NCBI GenBank assembly: GCA_010015585.1 | Contig: ML975155.1 | Source of the DNA: Eremomyces bilateralis CBS 781.70 | Lineage: Eukaryota | Length of the DNA: 64,000 nt | Strand: one strand, 5' to 3' | Shown: positions 61,701 to 64,000 of the stretch, piece by piece | Layout of the letters: every line of letters begins with the position of its first letter | Position numbering within the stretch: the first letter of the stretch is position 1 | The notes under the pieces: generated by a model | Seen by the model: only the letters and a program-made list of their open reading frames with translations | Databases searched by the model: none | Told to the model about the DNA's origin: nothing | Program-made: the position numbers and the translations under genes

Positions 61701-64000
61701 TGCTGTGAAAGCGACCGACATTGCTCGCAGTGAACAGACCATGCGTTCGTGGAGCGCCCAAAGAGGCTAAACTATGCAATGATTTGAGATTTTTTGCATG
61801 GCAGAGAAGATGGTTCGCCAGATGATAGGTCTTGATCTCCAGTCTGTGGTCAGAAGATACCTGAATGGTTCTAATCATTGTCGACGTTCGGTAGTGCCAG
61901 AATCTGGTATAGCCCTTCTGAGGATCGAAAGAAATGGTGCAACCCAGGCGTAGCGATTGTACGGGGAACTTGAGGGTCTCGGAATATCTTCTGGCCACGA
62001 ATTTGAATAAACCTCACCGTTAATGGTTCCCCACATGATCTCGACAGCCTCGATTGACAACCGATTGGATGCTCACCGCTAGACACTTGGACCTAAATTA
62101 GATCATCTCTAACAGTGGCTGAAAAGCCCTGTGGTTTTGTATACTGGCGTTCTCTTCACTCGTTTGCTCACAAACATGTAGCCACAGTCGGACAACATCA
62201 TGGTTGCATTGGGGACGATCCCAGGGTCGCAACTTGACATGCATACGGCCTCCTGCATTTGCGGAACGGATTCACAGTGGCCATCGTCAAACTTCCCTCT
62301 AGTCGAGGTCATGATCCGAACGGAAGCCTACATTTCTCAAACCTTCTCGAAAGTCACTGGAAACTCCAGAAGGAGGGAAGAAATACGTTGATAATTGGAT
62401 TCGGAAATGCGCGTTTCATAGCTAGCTCTCTACCATACTTTTGGGAAGCCAGTAGCCTCGACCTGGGATTAAGATTACGCTGTCGCTTCATTGCTTATGG
62501 GGCTGGTGTTGCGAAAATATAGCTCAGACGCAAAAGAAAACCCAGAGACCGATATCGACTTAGAGAGTCAGGGAATGTGACCTGGAAAGGTGCGTCATTA
62601 TGAATAAGCGAGATGTGAGATGTGAGGAAAAATGCCCGAGATCGGCACGAAACGAGGATTTGAGGTGTCTTAGATGATTATGACATGGGCAGCAATTTTG
62701 GCATGTTTCAGGAGTTATGTTCATCAGCTCCTTTTCGGTACCGGACCGAAATAGACAATTGACACCACCTAAGACCCGACGATAGTCAGATGAGATCGAG
62801 CACGGCTCTAATATCTGAGACAACTCGCGAGTGAAACTTGTCCCAATTAGCAAAGGTTGGGCACCTGATCGATGTTGACCATATGAATGATTGATGATGA
62901 AGGAAAAGCTCCATGGTCATGAGCAGTCGTGCTCCAAAAACTTGAGGACGACAGGACTCAGTGATTCCAACGGGCCGCACCGCTGTGGGAAAACTTGTGG
63001 TGGCAGGCTGGGTACTACTCTGATTTCTTGTTTGGGTACTGAGAGGGACATTAGGACAGTTTGAATGAGCCTGGCGGTCAGGTAGATCGGAAGATGCGAT
63101 GCAAGCGGCGGTGTTGCGTTGTACAACCTCAACGGCGACGAATCTGGCTTAGGTGTCAATAGTTGAATCGACGGCCCAAGAGCTAACATTTCTCCGGTCT
63201 GAACCTTCGACTGATATAGTTCCGTCCTGTTCTTGGGAAAAAAACCTGTTCGAATGAGGCCTGGATCCAGACGGCTGGGAGAGTTAAGGGACCCGCGCTA
63301 TTGATCGTCGATGCATGCCTCGCCACTCCTAAGCAAATCGTCTGCACCCTCCTTTTCTTGCGTCGATATGAATCAATTGGGCATGGAAGCTGCAGAAGGG
63401 TTTGCTTCGCTGGATCAACACAAATCTCTCCGTTGCCTGCGAGATGGCTGGGTGCATGTCTGGTGCGAGTGTGGCGTTTCTCGAAGACCCCATAGGAGCG
63501 AAGTCTGGGTTAGCTAACCGGCTTGAATCTCGATGATTATACAGAGCACGAGACCCAACCCAGATACTAGCAATATGAAGACATGTTTCAACAGAAAGGA
63601 AATGAGCCTAGATACCGGGGGTAGTCCTGGTGAGGTGGTGAGGCTCTACACTATCAGCCCCGGTAAATGCTGAAAAGGGCAGCTCACATTGTTTCGCAGT
63701 CTGTTGCTGATAGAACAGGCACTGAAGCAACATTCCCTGCCGTGGAAGAAAACCTGTCCTGCTGACGACGGCAACGGGAAGCCGCATTAGGTCGATTGGA
63801 TTTCTTGCTACAGATGAGAGGACCAAAGCACTGCCGAGCCAGAAATGTGGTCTCATCGGAAACAGTCCCGTTAATTGCAGCTCGCACAGTCCATAAAAGT
63901 ACGGTCTGAATGTTGAGAGCCCAAATTGGCTGCCCAGATACAGTCTCCTCGGGTTGAGTGATTGTTGGATGATAATAGCGTTGAAGAGCGGAGGGGAACC

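Overview
Gene-dense eukaryotic DNA from a filamentous ascomycete (Pezizomycotina). It has short GT-AG introns with CTRAC/CTAAC branch points, no prokaryotic operons or CRISPR array, and one 225-N assembly gap. About 19 protein-coding genes can be reconstructed by hand: EPL1, an AcpS-type phosphopantetheinyl transferase, a DUF6697-like protein with a 3x45-aa repeat, a Mob4/phocein-like protein, a CobW/ZNG1-type GTPase, a long-chain acyl-CoA synthetase, an Rkm5-like methyltransferase, a Set3-like PHD-SET protein, leukotriene A4 hydrolase, a C2H2/fungal-specific transcription factor, a small hypothetical protein, a Spo12-family protein, UreF, CDC73, a 5-exon EXPERA/TMEM97-like gene absent from the ORF track, a GFA-domain protein, AIM41/YqeY, NUP170, ADI1 and CYS4. 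All family names come from motif recognition, not database searches. I did not find a convincing wholly new multi-gene system. The best leads are: a divergent ADI1-CYS4 sulfur-metabolism pair with CYS-3/MetR-like sites; a recurring C-rich to G-rich switch near the 3' ends of many genes; a predicted four-intron, ATG-free 5' leader; a GC-AG intron next to a 12-nt micro-exon in the CobW gene; a polyQ frame interrupted only by TAG codons; a CpG-depleted island with a tRNA-like relic; and a 64-bp minisatellite. About 15 kb of intergenic DNA (27.2-32.6, 38-40, 47-49 and 59-64 kb) remains unexplained.
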